Source of the DNA: Dehalococcoidia bacterium
GTDB lineage: Bacteria; Chloroflexota; Dehalococcoidia; UBA6926
Direction: 5' to 3'
DNA: 64,000 bases
Assembly: GCA_965214725.1 (NCBI GenBank)
Contig: OZ243973.1
Span: 896,745-960,744 of the forward strand
Notes under the pieces: generated by a model
The model's database searches: none
The model's input: the letters and a program-made list of their open reading frames with translations, nothing else
Told to the model about the DNA's origin: nothing
In this document: one piece after another, positions 54,766-64,000 of the stretch
Position numbering within the stretch: position 1 is the stretch's first letter
Layout of the letters: each line of letters starts with the position of its first letter
Program-made: the position numbers and the translations under genes

Positions 54766-55488
54766 CTAGCCGGTTATCTGAACGGCGCCCATCGTCGTGG
54801 TGACGTTCAGCGCCAGCCGCGGACCGTCCGTTGGCCGGTTGGGGCGCTCATCCTTGACGGCCCCCAGCTTGAAATCGCCGTTCGTCTCTATCACCCAATC
54901 ATCAGGCACACGCAGCGTGATGTTCGCCATCTGTGACGCGAGCGAGAGGGATGCGCCATCCTCGGCGAGTCGCGCAGATGTGAGGTCAAGCTCCACATTG
55001 CCGAGAGACACGGACACCTCGCCGCCTACAAATGCCTGAGACGACACGATGTAGCGGGTGGCGGTGGCGGCGCCGGTGAGGTGAATCTCATCCTGAGACG
55101 TCTCAATCACATTACTGCCGCGGACGATCTCCCCGCCCTCTCCGGTGGATGGCGCTGAACGCCGATGGCTCCCGAACCACCACATGAGCAGGCCAACCAG
55201 CACGAGGAGGCCGGCCACTATCGACAGCCACCCAGCATCGCTCCAGCGGATCATCTGAAAGATCCATAGAGCCCCGCCGGCGAAGATCAGCACGCTTGTC
55301 AGGTGCCGGTTGCGCACCGATGCAGTGCTTGAGAGACCGAATATCAGGCCAGGCCCAATGAACCGTGTCCAGGATAGATCAGAGAAGATCAGGCCGATGC
55401 TGATGGCAAAGGCCAGCCCCAGTATCGTCATAACGGCTAGCACCAGCAGCAAGGGGATTCCATGTCGTGATGGTTGATTCGATGTCAT
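54766..55488 (-). CDS. LiaF-like (DUF2154) membrane protein
   Basis: N-terminal TM bundle and a C-terminal beta-rich 'VSLGNVELDLTSARLAEDGASLSLASQMANITLRVPDDWVI'. Confidence 0.65.
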   Translation of the reverse strand: MTSNQPSRHGIPLLLVLAVMTILGLAFAISIGLIFSDLSWTRFIGPGLIFGLSSTASVRNRHLTSVLIFAGGALWIFQMIRWSDAGWLSIVAGLLVLVGLLMWWFGSHRRSAPSTGEGGEIVRGSNVIETSQDEIHLTGAATATRYIVSSQAFVGGEVSVSLGNVELDLTSARLAEDGASLSLASQMANITLRVPDDWVIETNGDFKLGAVKDERPNRPTDGPRLALNVTTTMGAVQITG

Positions 55489-55544
55489 ATCCTTCTTCCT
55501 CTTTGCCTTGATTGACCTTCGATCGATGGCCGGATGGAGGTGAC

Positions 55545-56261
55545 TTAGTCTTCTACCGTGACGCGGCCGAGGGTGGTGGATGTCCGCAGGCGCAGGGCAC
55601 GCCCCTCCGTCGGGTGGCTGCTCCGCTTATCTTCGATATCTGCAAGGACGGCTGACCCGTGTTGGTGAACGACCCACTCCCGCGGCACATTGAGTGTGAC
55701 ACCACCAAACGTCGCGGAAACCTGCAGGTCTGCTCCGTTCTCGTGGAGTTGGGACTGCCGCAGATCAACAGTGATCTCGCCGAACGTCGCCGCCAGCGTC
55801 CCGCCCTGAAATGCCTGCGCCATGATGGATCGGCTCGTGTTCGAAAAGGTCGCCGTCAGGTCAATCGTATTCACGTCGTCGGTCAGGACGGTGGCATCGC
55901 CGGGCGCTGTGGCGGAGCGGCGCCCGCCCACGTTGCTGCGCTCCAAAAGGATGCCCACACCGATGGCGATGATGATGAGCGGCCACAAACTGCCCATCCC
56001 AACACCCGCCCCCAGAGCGTCTGCTAGGAAGATGGCGCCGACCACAATGCCGACCATACCAAGCCACACAGGCCCGCGAACGAGGAACATGAGACCAAAC
56101 ACCATCGGCACAAGCGGCCAGAGGATATTCCAGAAATCGAAGCTCAGCAGGTTGCCGCCGAGTAGGAGGAGGCCAAGCGCGATGAGGATGGCGGCGGGCA
56201 GAACACCCCGTGAACGCTGCATCGCTGCCTTAACCGATGAAGCGCCCGCCCACGGTGTCAC
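55545..56261 (-). CDS. LiaF-like (DUF2154) membrane protein (paralogue)
   Basis: 'ATFGEITVDLRQSQLHENGADLQVSATFGGVTLNVPREWVV'. The start may be the internal ATG at 56222. Confidence 0.65.
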   Translation of the reverse strand: MTPWAGASSVKAAMQRSRGVLPAAILIALGLLLLGGNLLSFDFWNILWPLVPMVFGLMFLVRGPVWLGMVGIVVGAIFLADALGAGVGMGSLWPLIIIAIGVGILLERSNVGGRRSATAPGDATVLTDDVNTIDLTATFSNTSRSIMAQAFQGGTLAATFGEITVDLRQSQLHENGADLQVSATFGGVTLNVPREWVVHQHGSAVLADIEDKRSSHPTEGRALRLRTSTTLGRVTVED

Positions 56262-56278
56262 GCACGGGCGCAGGCTTA

Positions 56279-57181
56279 CTACTCGTCACGCTGCTCAAGT
56301 TCCCTCAGGAAGTCCTCAACGTCAGGCGCGAGGCGGGGCGGCTCCTGCTCATCCATCTCGCCAATCTCGCCCTGATTCGACCCAACCTCACTGTCGTAGG
56401 CCTCCTCAAGCTGCTTGACGAGGTTGCGAACGCGCGGCTCCCGCTGCGCCATGCGGTCAATCTCCGCATACTGCCTATCGCCGTCCTGTTCAATCTTGGT
56501 CAAGTCTGAGATGCGGAAACTGTAGATGGGTGATAGCAGTTTCAGGAGTTTCTCTTGGCCCCGATGATCCTCCTCAAGACGCGCGTACGGCGGCAGCTGA
56601 ATCAACGCTGAAAGCGTCTCAACGCCGCGCCTCACCAGTTCCTGCGTGGCAATGGCCATCATGCTGGTGGGGCCCTCATAGTTGGAGGTGCGGACACCGG
56701 CGCGCTCCAGAAGCTCCTGCACAACGGGATCAGACGCCTGCCCGCTCGCCAAGAGCGGCCGGGTGTGCGGCGAGGAGCCGTACATGGCGCCCACCTGGCA
56801 GTAGCGTTGAACATTCAGCCGATCCACCAACTCCAGCAGGGATTCAACGAAATCCTCGCCGTTGGAATGCGGCTCCAGGATGTGCATGAACACGAAATCA
56901 TTGCCCCCGTCACCCTGCGCATACCGCACAATGGTGTTGGGAATCTCAACGATGCGCTCGCCGTTTCTGCGATACAGCATGGGGCGGTAGCGCGTGAGAT
57001 CATAGAACTGGCTGGGGCGGGCAAGCCGCCCCAATTCCGTCGCGCTAAACTGGGCTTCAAGCGTGCTAAGGGTCAGCGTCCCCACTGACCCAACATCAAT
57101 CCACGGCTGGAGGATGGCGAAAATGTGCGGGTCACGCAATTCCGGCAGTGGTTCCTGGACTTCAAAGGCGCCAATGCGCAT
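56279..57181 (-). CDS. PAC2-family protein
   Basis: 'LRDPHIFAILQPWIDVGSVGTLTLSTLEAQF' N-terminus typical of bacterial PAC2 proteins, with an acidic C-terminus. Confidence 0.75.
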   Translation of the reverse strand: MRIGAFEVQEPLPELRDPHIFAILQPWIDVGSVGTLTLSTLEAQFSATELGRLARPSQFYDLTRYRPMLYRRNGERIVEIPNTIVRYAQGDGGNDFVFMHILEPHSNGEDFVESLLELVDRLNVQRYCQVGAMYGSSPHTRPLLASGQASDPVVQELLERAGVRTSNYEGPTSMMAIATQELVRRGVETLSALIQLPPYARLEEDHRGQEKLLKLLSPIYSFRISDLTKIEQDGDRQYAEIDRMAQREPRVRNLVKQLEEAYDSEVGSNQGEIGEMDEQEPPRLAPDVEDFLRELEQRDE

Positions 57182-57287
57182 AGTTCCTCCCCTCAGTCAC
57201 CCCTCCCTCTACCTCCCGGTCTCGGGCGACGGTTGGGGCTGGACTTATTATAAGTCTCTTGCTGATTGCATGCGCGGCGCAAGATGA

Positions 57288-58064
57288 GTGGCCGTGCCGA
57301 ATAGCATCCTCGCCGTGCTGGCACACCCGGATGATGAGACGTTCATGATCGGCGGCACGCTCGCCCTGTACGCATCACGCGGGCATCACGTCCATGTGCT
57401 GTACGGCCCGTTCGGCCCGGAGTCGGACGGCGCGCCGTCGCCTCAGCGACTCGACGAGCTGCAGGCCGCCGCCAACGCGCTCGGCATCGCCGGCCACACA
57501 ATCCTTCCCGCCGGCCCCACACTCGCTGACGTGGAAAACCGGGGCGACGACGTGATTCAGCGCCTCGCCGCCGACATCGCCGCTGAGATCCGTGAGAGGC
57601 GTCCCGACATCGTCATCACGTTTGACGCGACGGGCGGCACAGGCAACATTGACCATATCCTCATGGGCGCAGCAACGCTGCGCGCCATTGAATCGCTGCG
57701 TGGCATCACCGTGCCGCGCCTGTACGCCGCCGTCTTTGGCCGCCGCCTGCTTGCGGCCGGGCTGCGCCTGGGGAGATTGAGTCGGCAGCGCGGCTCACAT
57801 GATCTGCGTGGTGCGTTGCAGATTGCACGGGAATCGCAGCGCCCAACGACATTGATCGACGTGCGGAGCGCGCTCGAGCGGCGCCGTGAGGCCGCACGCT
57901 GCTATGTGACGGCGTTGGAGGAGGGCGCGTGGTGGATGCGGCGATGGGAGCTGCTGTCACCACGCCTGCGCCGCCTCATCGCCCCGCGAGAACTCTACGC
58001 GCGAATCATCCCCCCGCCGCGCGCGGGAGAGGGCATGCAGACAGACATATTTGGCGCGGAGTAG
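57288..58064 (+). CDS. PIG-L/LmbE-family deacetylase
   Basis: 'ILAVLAHPDDETFMIGGTLA' zinc-binding motif and 'NIDHILMG'. GTG start. Confidence 0.85.
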   Translation: MAVPNSILAVLAHPDDETFMIGGTLALYASRGHHVHVLYGPFGPESDGAPSPQRLDELQAAANALGIAGHTILPAGPTLADVENRGDDVIQRLAADIAAEIRERRPDIVITFDATGGTGNIDHILMGAATLRAIESLRGITVPRLYAAVFGRRLLAAGLRLGRLSRQRGSHDLRGALQIARESQRPTTLIDVRSALERRREAARCYVTALEEGAWWMRRWELLSPRLRRLIAPRELYARIIPPPRAGEGMQTDIFGAE

Positions 58065-58073
58065 CGCCGGTAC

Positions 58074-58853
58074 CTAGGGCGTAGCGGGCTCGCCAGCGAA
58101 ACGAATGATATCTGCGTCAACTCTATCCTTGAAATCGTCGAGTGCCGGATACTGCACATCGGCATTGCGCGTCAGATAGCGGGAATCACGTGGGCTGAGC
58201 TCGTCCATGTCGCTGTGGACGACGATGCTGACGAACTGAACGGATGCCTTCTGAAGCTCCAACAGCGAGATTGCGACTACTTTCGCCTTGTCTCCTCCCA
58301 GCACTCCAAAAACATAGAATTGGCGATGATTGTACGTGAGGGACCAGTCAACTGTCACCGGATAATCATCAAGTGGAGTTATGTCTTTGTGGGGTTCGAA
58401 TTTGCTCAGCTCGCTGGGGACATACGTGTCAAGGTCATCATAGAAGCTGCTCCGAATGACCTCCCTGCTCCAGTACCGCATATTGCACACTTTCTGGATA
58501 CAGCCTGCGAAGCGGAGAATCGACTCATAGAGGCTATTGATCGGGGCCTCGAGGTGGAGATTACCGCCATCATTGGCAATCCCATTGTTGTGCAGGATGC
58601 TATCGAGGATCCGTTGCCTCGCGGGCGTACTGAAGTCAAAGGTGTAGGATAGGCGCATGAGAGCGAGTCCAAAATCACACACCCGAACAAAGCCGTCGCC
58701 GGACGAGCTGTCTTGCAAATATATGTCAATTATGTCGCCGTCTTCATGGAAGATGGGTGCAACAACCTGATAGGAGCCCGGCCGTTTCTCCTGCAACTCA
58801 AAACGATCGCCAGGTACTCGGTTGAGCGCCGCTTCAATCAGTTCACGGTTCAT
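58074..58853 (-). CDS. DUF1828/DUF1829-type protein
   Basis: 'VVAPIFHEDGDIIDIYLQ...VCDFGLALMRLSYTFDFSTPARQRILDSILHNNGI...GNLHLEAP' follows the DUF1828 pattern. Visibly A/T-richer. Confidence 0.65.
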   Translation of the reverse strand: MNRELIEAALNRVPGDRFELQEKRPGSYQVVAPIFHEDGDIIDIYLQDSSSGDGFVRVCDFGLALMRLSYTFDFSTPARQRILDSILHNNGIANDGGNLHLEAPINSLYESILRFAGCIQKVCNMRYWSREVIRSSFYDDLDTYVPSELSKFEPHKDITPLDDYPVTVDWSLTYNHRQFYVFGVLGGDKAKVVAISLLELQKASVQFVSIVVHSDMDELSPRDSRYLTRNADVQYPALDDFKDRVDADIIRFAGEPATP

Positions 58854-59340
58854 CGAACAGCCTCACCTGAAGCAATTCCGGAAAGTAGTCATCATAGTCG
58901 GTTACCCCAATTTCGCTCAAGAACGCACGCACTGCCTCATAAAACGTCTCATACCGGTCAGTTGGCTCCCTCTTCAGTACGCGTGGTTGCAAATGTCCCG
59001 CAGAAAGCTCGTCTTCAGTGAGAAGGTGAATGTGGGGGCGGGCGAAGTGCGCGTCCCGAGCGACCTGATCTCTTCCATGTGGCCCATTGTACCGAACCAG
59101 CGTGATTGTGCCGGCCAGACTCGATCCTGTCCTTTATCGGAGCCCTATCGAGAAATTCTCAGTAAAGGTCCTGTGCTGCCGGAGGAAAACCTCGAATCTC
59201 TCAGCGCCATCTGGCGTCGAGCGCAGATGGAGGTTGGCGCGTCGATGTTGATCCTCTTCTAGGTAACCGGTGCGAGGTTCCCGTGTGATTATGGCTTTTG
59301 GGCATCGGATGAGCTCGCCGATTTCTTCGTCAGAGTACAT
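58843..59340 (-). pseudogene. 165-codon reading frame interrupted by one in-frame TAA (59134..59136); unknown family
   Basis: The 68-aa track ORF continues in the same frame for 96 more codons after the TAA (RTGSSLAGTITLVRYNGPHGRDQ...PHIHLLTEDE...). It ends in a TGA that overlaps the DUF1828 gene start by 11 nt. Confidence 0.5.
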
Positions 59341-59376
59341 GACTCAAAATAGACAGCGCGCCTATCCCCGGTGGCC

Positions 59377-61935
59377 CTACCCCGCCGGTTCTAGTTCTGT
59401 CTCTTGGCGGCGTTCTCGCCGCAGCAGGCGGTAGACGACCGGGATGACGATGAGCGTCAGCACCGTGGATGTCATCAGCCCGCCGATAATGACCGTCGCA
59501 AGCTCCGCGCCGATGATGCCGCCCGCCTGCTCTTCCTCCAGCGCGAGCGGGAGCAGCACAAAGCTGGTGGTGAGGGCCGTCATCAGAATGGGGCGGATAC
59601 GCGCCTGACCGCCTTGAATGAGGGCGTCCGGGATGCTCAGCCCGCGCGCTCGCAGTTGATCCACAAAGGCGATGAGGACAACGGCATTGGTCACAACCAG
59701 GCCGATGAGCATGAGGAGTCCCATCAATCCGGGTAGGCTCAGCGCCCGTCCGGTCACGGCCAGGCCCGTCCATGCCCCCGTAAATGCCAGCGGCACGGCG
59801 ATGAGAACAATCAGTGGTGTGATGAAGGACCGCTGTGCCAGGAACATGACCACGTACACGAGGCCGGCGCCGATGAGCATGGCGATAATCATTTGCGTAA
59901 AGACTTCTTGGATATCGCTGAACGCGCCGCCCGTCTCCCGATCCACGCCCGGCGGCAGACCCACCTCCGTAACGATGCGATCAACCTCCGTGTTGACGCC
60001 ACGCGCGTCCTGCGCGGTAATCACGCCGGATATCGTGACCGTGCGGCGCCCATCCACACGCGTGATCGGCACCACTGCCAGCCCTAGTGCCTCCACCGCA
60101 GTCAGGGAGATGGCATCTGAGCCGACGTTGATCACGCCGTCAATCTCGCTCAACGGACCTATCAGGCTGTCTGATGCCTCCACCAGGCTCTCATAATTGT
60201 CACTGATCAGACGCAGTTCGAGGTCTCCGGCCGGCGGCCCGCCTCCCTGCGCCTGTTGGATTGATACTGATCGCTGAGGTCCGTCAAGAGCCGCCTGCAG
60301 CCGATCCGAAATCACGGTCGCGTCCGCCTCCTCCGTCAAACGTACGGACATCGCGATGGTGCGTCCGCTGGCGCCGGTGCCGCCCGGGCCCGCAAAGCCG
60401 CCGGCGCCGCCGAGGTTGGACGTATACACCTCCACCTCGCCTGCGAGGCGCATTTCCTCGATGAACCCCTCTGCATCATCCAGATATCCCTGCATGACGC
60501 CGGGCTGGGTTCCTGGCGGCGCCTCAATCCGAACAGTCAGCAGGTTCTGCACGCTGCCCGGCAGGAACCCGATCGGGACATTGGTCAGCAGCGCCACGCT
60601 CCCTCCGAACAGGACAATCGCGCCGAGAATTGTCAGCAGCTTGTGCCCAAGCGCCCATGTAATGGTCGGCGTATAGATACGCACGAGGCGGCGCAGCAGG
60701 AACTCTTCCGCCGTACCCGCCTCGCGGCGGTTGATCAGGATACTGGCCAGAACCGGCACGACCGTCAGCGCGACGGCCAGGGAGGCGATCAACGAGTAGG
60801 TGATGACGAGGGCGAACGGCAGGAAGAATTCGCTGACGATGCCGCCAATAAAGCCAAGCGGCGCAAAGACGGCAATCGTCGTCAGGGTCGCAATGGTGAT
60901 GGGCAGGGCAACCTCTCTGGTGCCCTCAAATGCTGCGTGGACCCGATCCTCGCCATCCTGGATATGTCGGTAGATGTTCTCCATGACGACGATAGAGTCG
61001 TCGACGACGCGCCCCGCCGCGATGGCAAGGCCGCCAAGCGTCACAATGTTCAGGCTGACTCCCTGCAGATTCATGATGATGATTCCGATGACGAGGCTCG
61101 CCGGAATCGAGATTGCCGTCACAAAGGTGGGACGGATGCTGAGCAGGAACGCAAAGATGACCAGAATGGCGAGGGCGGCGCCCAGCGCAACCTCCCGCCC
61201 AAGCGAATCGATGGAGTTCTGGATCTCCGGCCCCTGGTTGGAGATCTCCGTGAACTGCATGTCCGGCGGCAGTCCCAGTTTGATGTTCTCAAGCTCCGCC
61301 AGCGCCGCGTCCACCACCTCAACCGTATTGTCGTCCGCCCCCTTGACCACATCAATGGTCAGGCTCGGCTTACCGTTGGTGCGGCTGATGACGCCGTCCG
61401 CGCCGGAGTTGGCGGGTATCTCGGCGCGTTCCACACCGGGCACGGCATTCAGGCGGGGGAGGATATCGCTCTCCACAAGCGCCTGCAGCTCGGCCGCTGT
61501 CTGCTCGCTCCGCACAGACACCTGCAAGACAGGGAATTGATCGAAATTCAGGCGGCTCACGGAGGGGGCGGCAGCGGGCGGCGGCAATTGCAGGGCATCA
61601 ACACGGGCCTGCACCGTCTCCTCAATCGCGGCCATGTCTGTCCCGAACTCGAACTCGGCAAAGACAAGAGACGTTCCCCGCGAGGAGATGGACTGCACCA
61701 GCAGCACGTCATCATGCTCCTGCATGATGCGCTCCAGCGGAATCGTCACATCTTCAAGGACCGTGTCCGGCGGCGCGCCCGGGTAGATCGTCTGCATTGT
61801 GATGAGCGGGAAATCAACGGATGGGAGGAACTCCACTTCGAGGCGGGTGTATGACCAGATCCCCGTCGCTATCAGGGCGACGAGGATGATGATGGTTGCA
61901 ATGCGCGCGCGCAGAGCAAGACGCGTTACTAACAT
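59377..61935 (-). CDS. RND-superfamily efflux permease, short (852 aa) variant
   Basis: AcrB-like N-terminus 'FLPSVDFPLITMQTIYPGAPPDTVLEDVTIPLE', two 6-TM bundles, and both periplasmic loops shorter than in AcrB. Confidence 0.85.
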   Translation of the reverse strand: MLVTRLALRARIATIIILVALIATGIWSYTRLEVEFLPSVDFPLITMQTIYPGAPPDTVLEDVTIPLERIMQEHDDVLLVQSISSRGTSLVFAEFEFGTDMAAIEETVQARVDALQLPPPAAAPSVSRLNFDQFPVLQVSVRSEQTAAELQALVESDILPRLNAVPGVERAEIPANSGADGVISRTNGKPSLTIDVVKGADDNTVEVVDAALAELENIKLGLPPDMQFTEISNQGPEIQNSIDSLGREVALGAALAILVIFAFLLSIRPTFVTAISIPASLVIGIIIMNLQGVSLNIVTLGGLAIAAGRVVDDSIVVMENIYRHIQDGEDRVHAAFEGTREVALPITIATLTTIAVFAPLGFIGGIVSEFFLPFALVITYSLIASLAVALTVVPVLASILINRREAGTAEEFLLRRLVRIYTPTITWALGHKLLTILGAIVLFGGSVALLTNVPIGFLPGSVQNLLTVRIEAPPGTQPGVMQGYLDDAEGFIEEMRLAGEVEVYTSNLGGAGGFAGPGGTGASGRTIAMSVRLTEEADATVISDRLQAALDGPQRSVSIQQAQGGGPPAGDLELRLISDNYESLVEASDSLIGPLSEIDGVINVGSDAISLTAVEALGLAVVPITRVDGRRTVTISGVITAQDARGVNTEVDRIVTEVGLPPGVDRETGGAFSDIQEVFTQMIIAMLIGAGLVYVVMFLAQRSFITPLIVLIAVPLAFTGAWTGLAVTGRALSLPGLMGLLMLIGLVVTNAVVLIAFVDQLRARGLSIPDALIQGGQARIRPILMTALTTSFVLLPLALEEEQAGGIIGAELATVIIGGLMTSTVLTLIVIPVVYRLLRRERRQETELEPAG

Positions 61936-62019
61936 CCCGATATAACTCTCCGAATCAGAGGGGCAGGATTGTGAACTCTATCACCAATCCAGTATGCGCA
62001 AATTCTAGCACACGGCAAA

Positions 62020-62910
62020 TCAGACGGAGATTCTCCGCTCCGTCAACATGCGCTGTACCGTGATGCCAATCTGCCCCGGGCTATCGACCACATAGCAGCC
62101 GGCGTCACGCAACGCCTCCTTCTTGGCCGCCGCCGTCGCCGCCGTCCCTGTGATGATGGCGCCCGCGTGTCCCATGCGGCGGCCGGGCGGGGCCGTTGCC
62201 CCTGCGATGAACCCCGTCACCGGCTTGCTCATATGATTCTTGATGTACTCCGCCGCCTCCTGCTCCGCCGTCCCGCCAATCTCGCCGATCAGCACAACCG
62301 CGTCCGTGTCAGGATCGTTCTCAAAAAGCTCAAGGATGTCTCGATGCCGCATCCCGATGATGGGATCACCGCCCACGCCGACGCATGTGGATTGCCCGAT
62401 GCCCAGCGCGGTGAGCTGTGAGACCGCCTCATAGGTGAGCGTGCCGGAGCGGGACACGACGCCGATGCGCCCCTCTTGATGGATATTGCCGGGGATGATG
62501 CCAACCTTTTGGCGCTCTCTGACGCTGGTGAGCCCCGGGCAGTTCGGGCCGATAAGCCGCACACCCTTCTTGGCGAGATACTGCGCAACCTGCGCCATGT
62601 CCAACGTTGGCAGGCCGTCCGTAATGCAGACAATGAGCTCAACGCCCCCCTCCGCCGCCTCAAGCAGGGCATCCGTCGCGAACGCGGCAGGTACAAAGAT
62701 GAGGGACACATTCGCGCCCTCCTGCTCAACCGCCTCGCGCACGGAATCATACATCGGGCGATCGATATGCGTCGTTCCGCCGCGCCCCGGTGTGACGCCC
62801 GCAACAACGTTCGTGCCAAAGTCGATGCACCGTTCGGTCTGGAAAGTCCCCTCGCGGCCGCTCATGCCCTGAACAAGGACGCGGGTATTGTCGCCAACAA
62901 GAATGCTCAT
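62020..62910 (-). CDS. sucD: succinate--CoA ligase subunit alpha
   Basis: '[35 protein letters not shown]' and the phosphohistidine region 'MGHAGAII'. Confidence 0.95.
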   Translation of the reverse strand: MSILVGDNTRVLVQGMSGREGTFQTERCIDFGTNVVAGVTPGRGGTTHIDRPMYDSVREAVEQEGANVSLIFVPAAFATDALLEAAEGGVELIVCITDGLPTLDMAQVAQYLAKKGVRLIGPNCPGLTSVRERQKVGIIPGNIHQEGRIGVVSRSGTLTYEAVSQLTALGIGQSTCVGVGGDPIIGMRHRDILELFENDPDTDAVVLIGEIGGTAEQEAAEYIKNHMSKPVTGFIAGATAPPGRRMGHAGAIITGTAATAAAKKEALRDAGCYVVDSPGQIGITVQRMLTERRISV

Positions 62911-62977
62911 CTGGGTTCGTCTCCTCGTGGTCGTATTGTCGTGATAGTCGTGCGGTGTAGGCGCATCGCCTCAGTAG

Positions 62978-64000
62978 TCAGTTGATGTCTCTGACCTTCT
63001 GCGCGGCGTCATTGAGATCACTCGCCACAGCGACGGTGATGTCAGAATTGCGCAGGATCTCCGCGCCCTCGTCGGCGTTCGTACCCGTCATCCGCACGAT
63101 GATCGGCACATCAACCTCAACCTCCTTGTAGGCGGAGACGATGCCGTTCGCGAGGACATCACAGCGCAGGATGCCGCCAAAGACGTTGATGAGAACCTTC
63201 TTGACGTCAGGGTCTGACACGATGATCTTGAACGCCTCAGCAACCTGCTCTTCCGTGCCGCCGCCGCCAACGTCAAGGAAATTGGCAGGCGCATGGCCGA
63301 CCTGCGCGATGACATCCATTGTGGCCATCGCAAGCCCGGCGCCGTTCACCATACAGCCGACATCACCATCAAGCTTGACGTACTGCACGCCCTTGTCATT
63401 CGCGTTGCGCTCCAACGGGTCTTCCTGATCCGCGTCCCGCAGGTCTGCAAGGTCACGATGCCGAAAGTGGCCGTTCTCGTCCGTATCAATCTTGCCGTCC
63501 GCCGCAAGCAGCGCGCCATCACCGGTGACGACCAGCGGGTTGATCTCCACCAGATTGAGGTCGCGGGCCATGAAGGCGTTCACAACTCCGCCGAGCAGCG
63601 CGCCAAAGGGCCGTGACAGCGAGGCGTCAAGCCCGAGCGCCGTCGCAACGCGCCGTCCAACAAACGGCTGATAGCCGATGAGGGGATCGATGTGGATCTG
63701 CGTGATCTTCTCGGGTGCTTCCTCGGCGATCTCCTCAATCTCCATGCCGCCGGCCGCTGAGGCGATGATGACGGGCGACTTTGCCGCGCCGTCCACCGTG
63801 ACGCTCAGGTACAGCTCCTGGGCGATATCGACCGGCTCCTCAACGAGAACGGTATTGACGGGCACGCCCTGCGGGCCGGTCTGCGCGGTGACAAGGTTGG
63901 AGCCGAGCAGGCCGGCGGCGAATTCCGCAGCCTCGCCCGGGCTTGATACCACCTTGACGCCGCCCGCCTTGCCGCGCCCACCCGCGTGGACCTGTGCCTT
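62978..64000 (-). CDS. sucC: succinate--CoA ligase subunit beta, N-terminus beyond window edge
   Basis: The frame is open to nt 64000 (KAQVHAGGRGKAGGVKVV...). 'NVFGGILRCDV' and 'PIIVRMTGTNADEGAEIL'. Confidence 0.95.
   Translation of the reverse strand, partial: KAQVHAGGRGKAGGVKVVSSPGEAAEFAAGLLGSNLVTAQTGPQGVPVNTVLVEEPVDIAQELYLSVTVDGAAKSPVIIASAAGGMEIEEIAEEAPEKITQIHIDPLIGYQPFVGRRVATALGLDASLSRPFGALLGGVVNAFMARDLNLVEINPLVVTGDGALLAADGKIDTDENGHFRHRDLADLRDADQEDPLERNANDKGVQYVKLDGDVGCMVNGAGLAMATMDVIAQVGHAPANFLDVGGGGTEEQVAEAFKIIVSDPDVKKVLINVFGGILRCDVLANGIVSAYKEVEVDVPIIVRMTGTNADEGAEILRNSDITVAVASDLNDAAQKVRDIN

Noticed and set aside
60643-61854. 403-aa plus-strand ORF
   Set aside because: It is antisense to the RND permease, with an Arg/Asp/Gly-rich composition and no motifs. 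Shadow ORF.
59377-61935. RND permease as a truncated pseudogene
   Set aside because: The reading frame is uninterrupted, both TM bundles and both loops are present, and the shortening is spread over the two loops rather than being a terminal truncation.

Overview
High-GC bacterial chromosome segment. The 16S sequence, the lack of outer-membrane partner genes, a PAC2-family gene and an unlinked rrs suggest a Chloroflexota-like lineage, but I could not check this against a database. Housekeeping blocks: three MFS transporters, fabI, hisS, tRNA-Glu(CUC), a gnd-zwf-pgl-GH15 operon, a complete F1Fo ATP synthase operon, rex, two tandem amidases, a short RND permease and sucDC. Accessory modules, several visibly more A/T-rich by eye: (1) an HNH endonuclease, HigB and a HigA::ImmA fusion with a HAD phosphatase, lying a few kb downstream of the tRNA; (2) an SbcC/Rad50-type ATPase preceded by an RNase J-like beta-CASP MBL protein rather than SbcD, and followed by a DUF151 nuclease; (3) an orphan phage packaging module (TerS-like, TerL, HTH, portal) that ends in a 31-32 bp tandem repeat array; (4) a PLD-family nuclease plus three PaREP1/HEPN-like paralogues bracketing a stand-alone 16S gene and sharing a TATACT-N6-ATG (leaderless-type) cassette; (5) an AbiTii-like gene; (6) a DUF1828/1829 gene coupled to an ORF with an in-frame TAA. 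Two HAD genes sit between atpG and atpD. Two families of REP-like palindromic repeats occur in several intergenic regions. All functional calls rest on motif recognition by eye and none has been confirmed by a search. The many long ORFs antisense to real genes are high-GC shadow ORFs.
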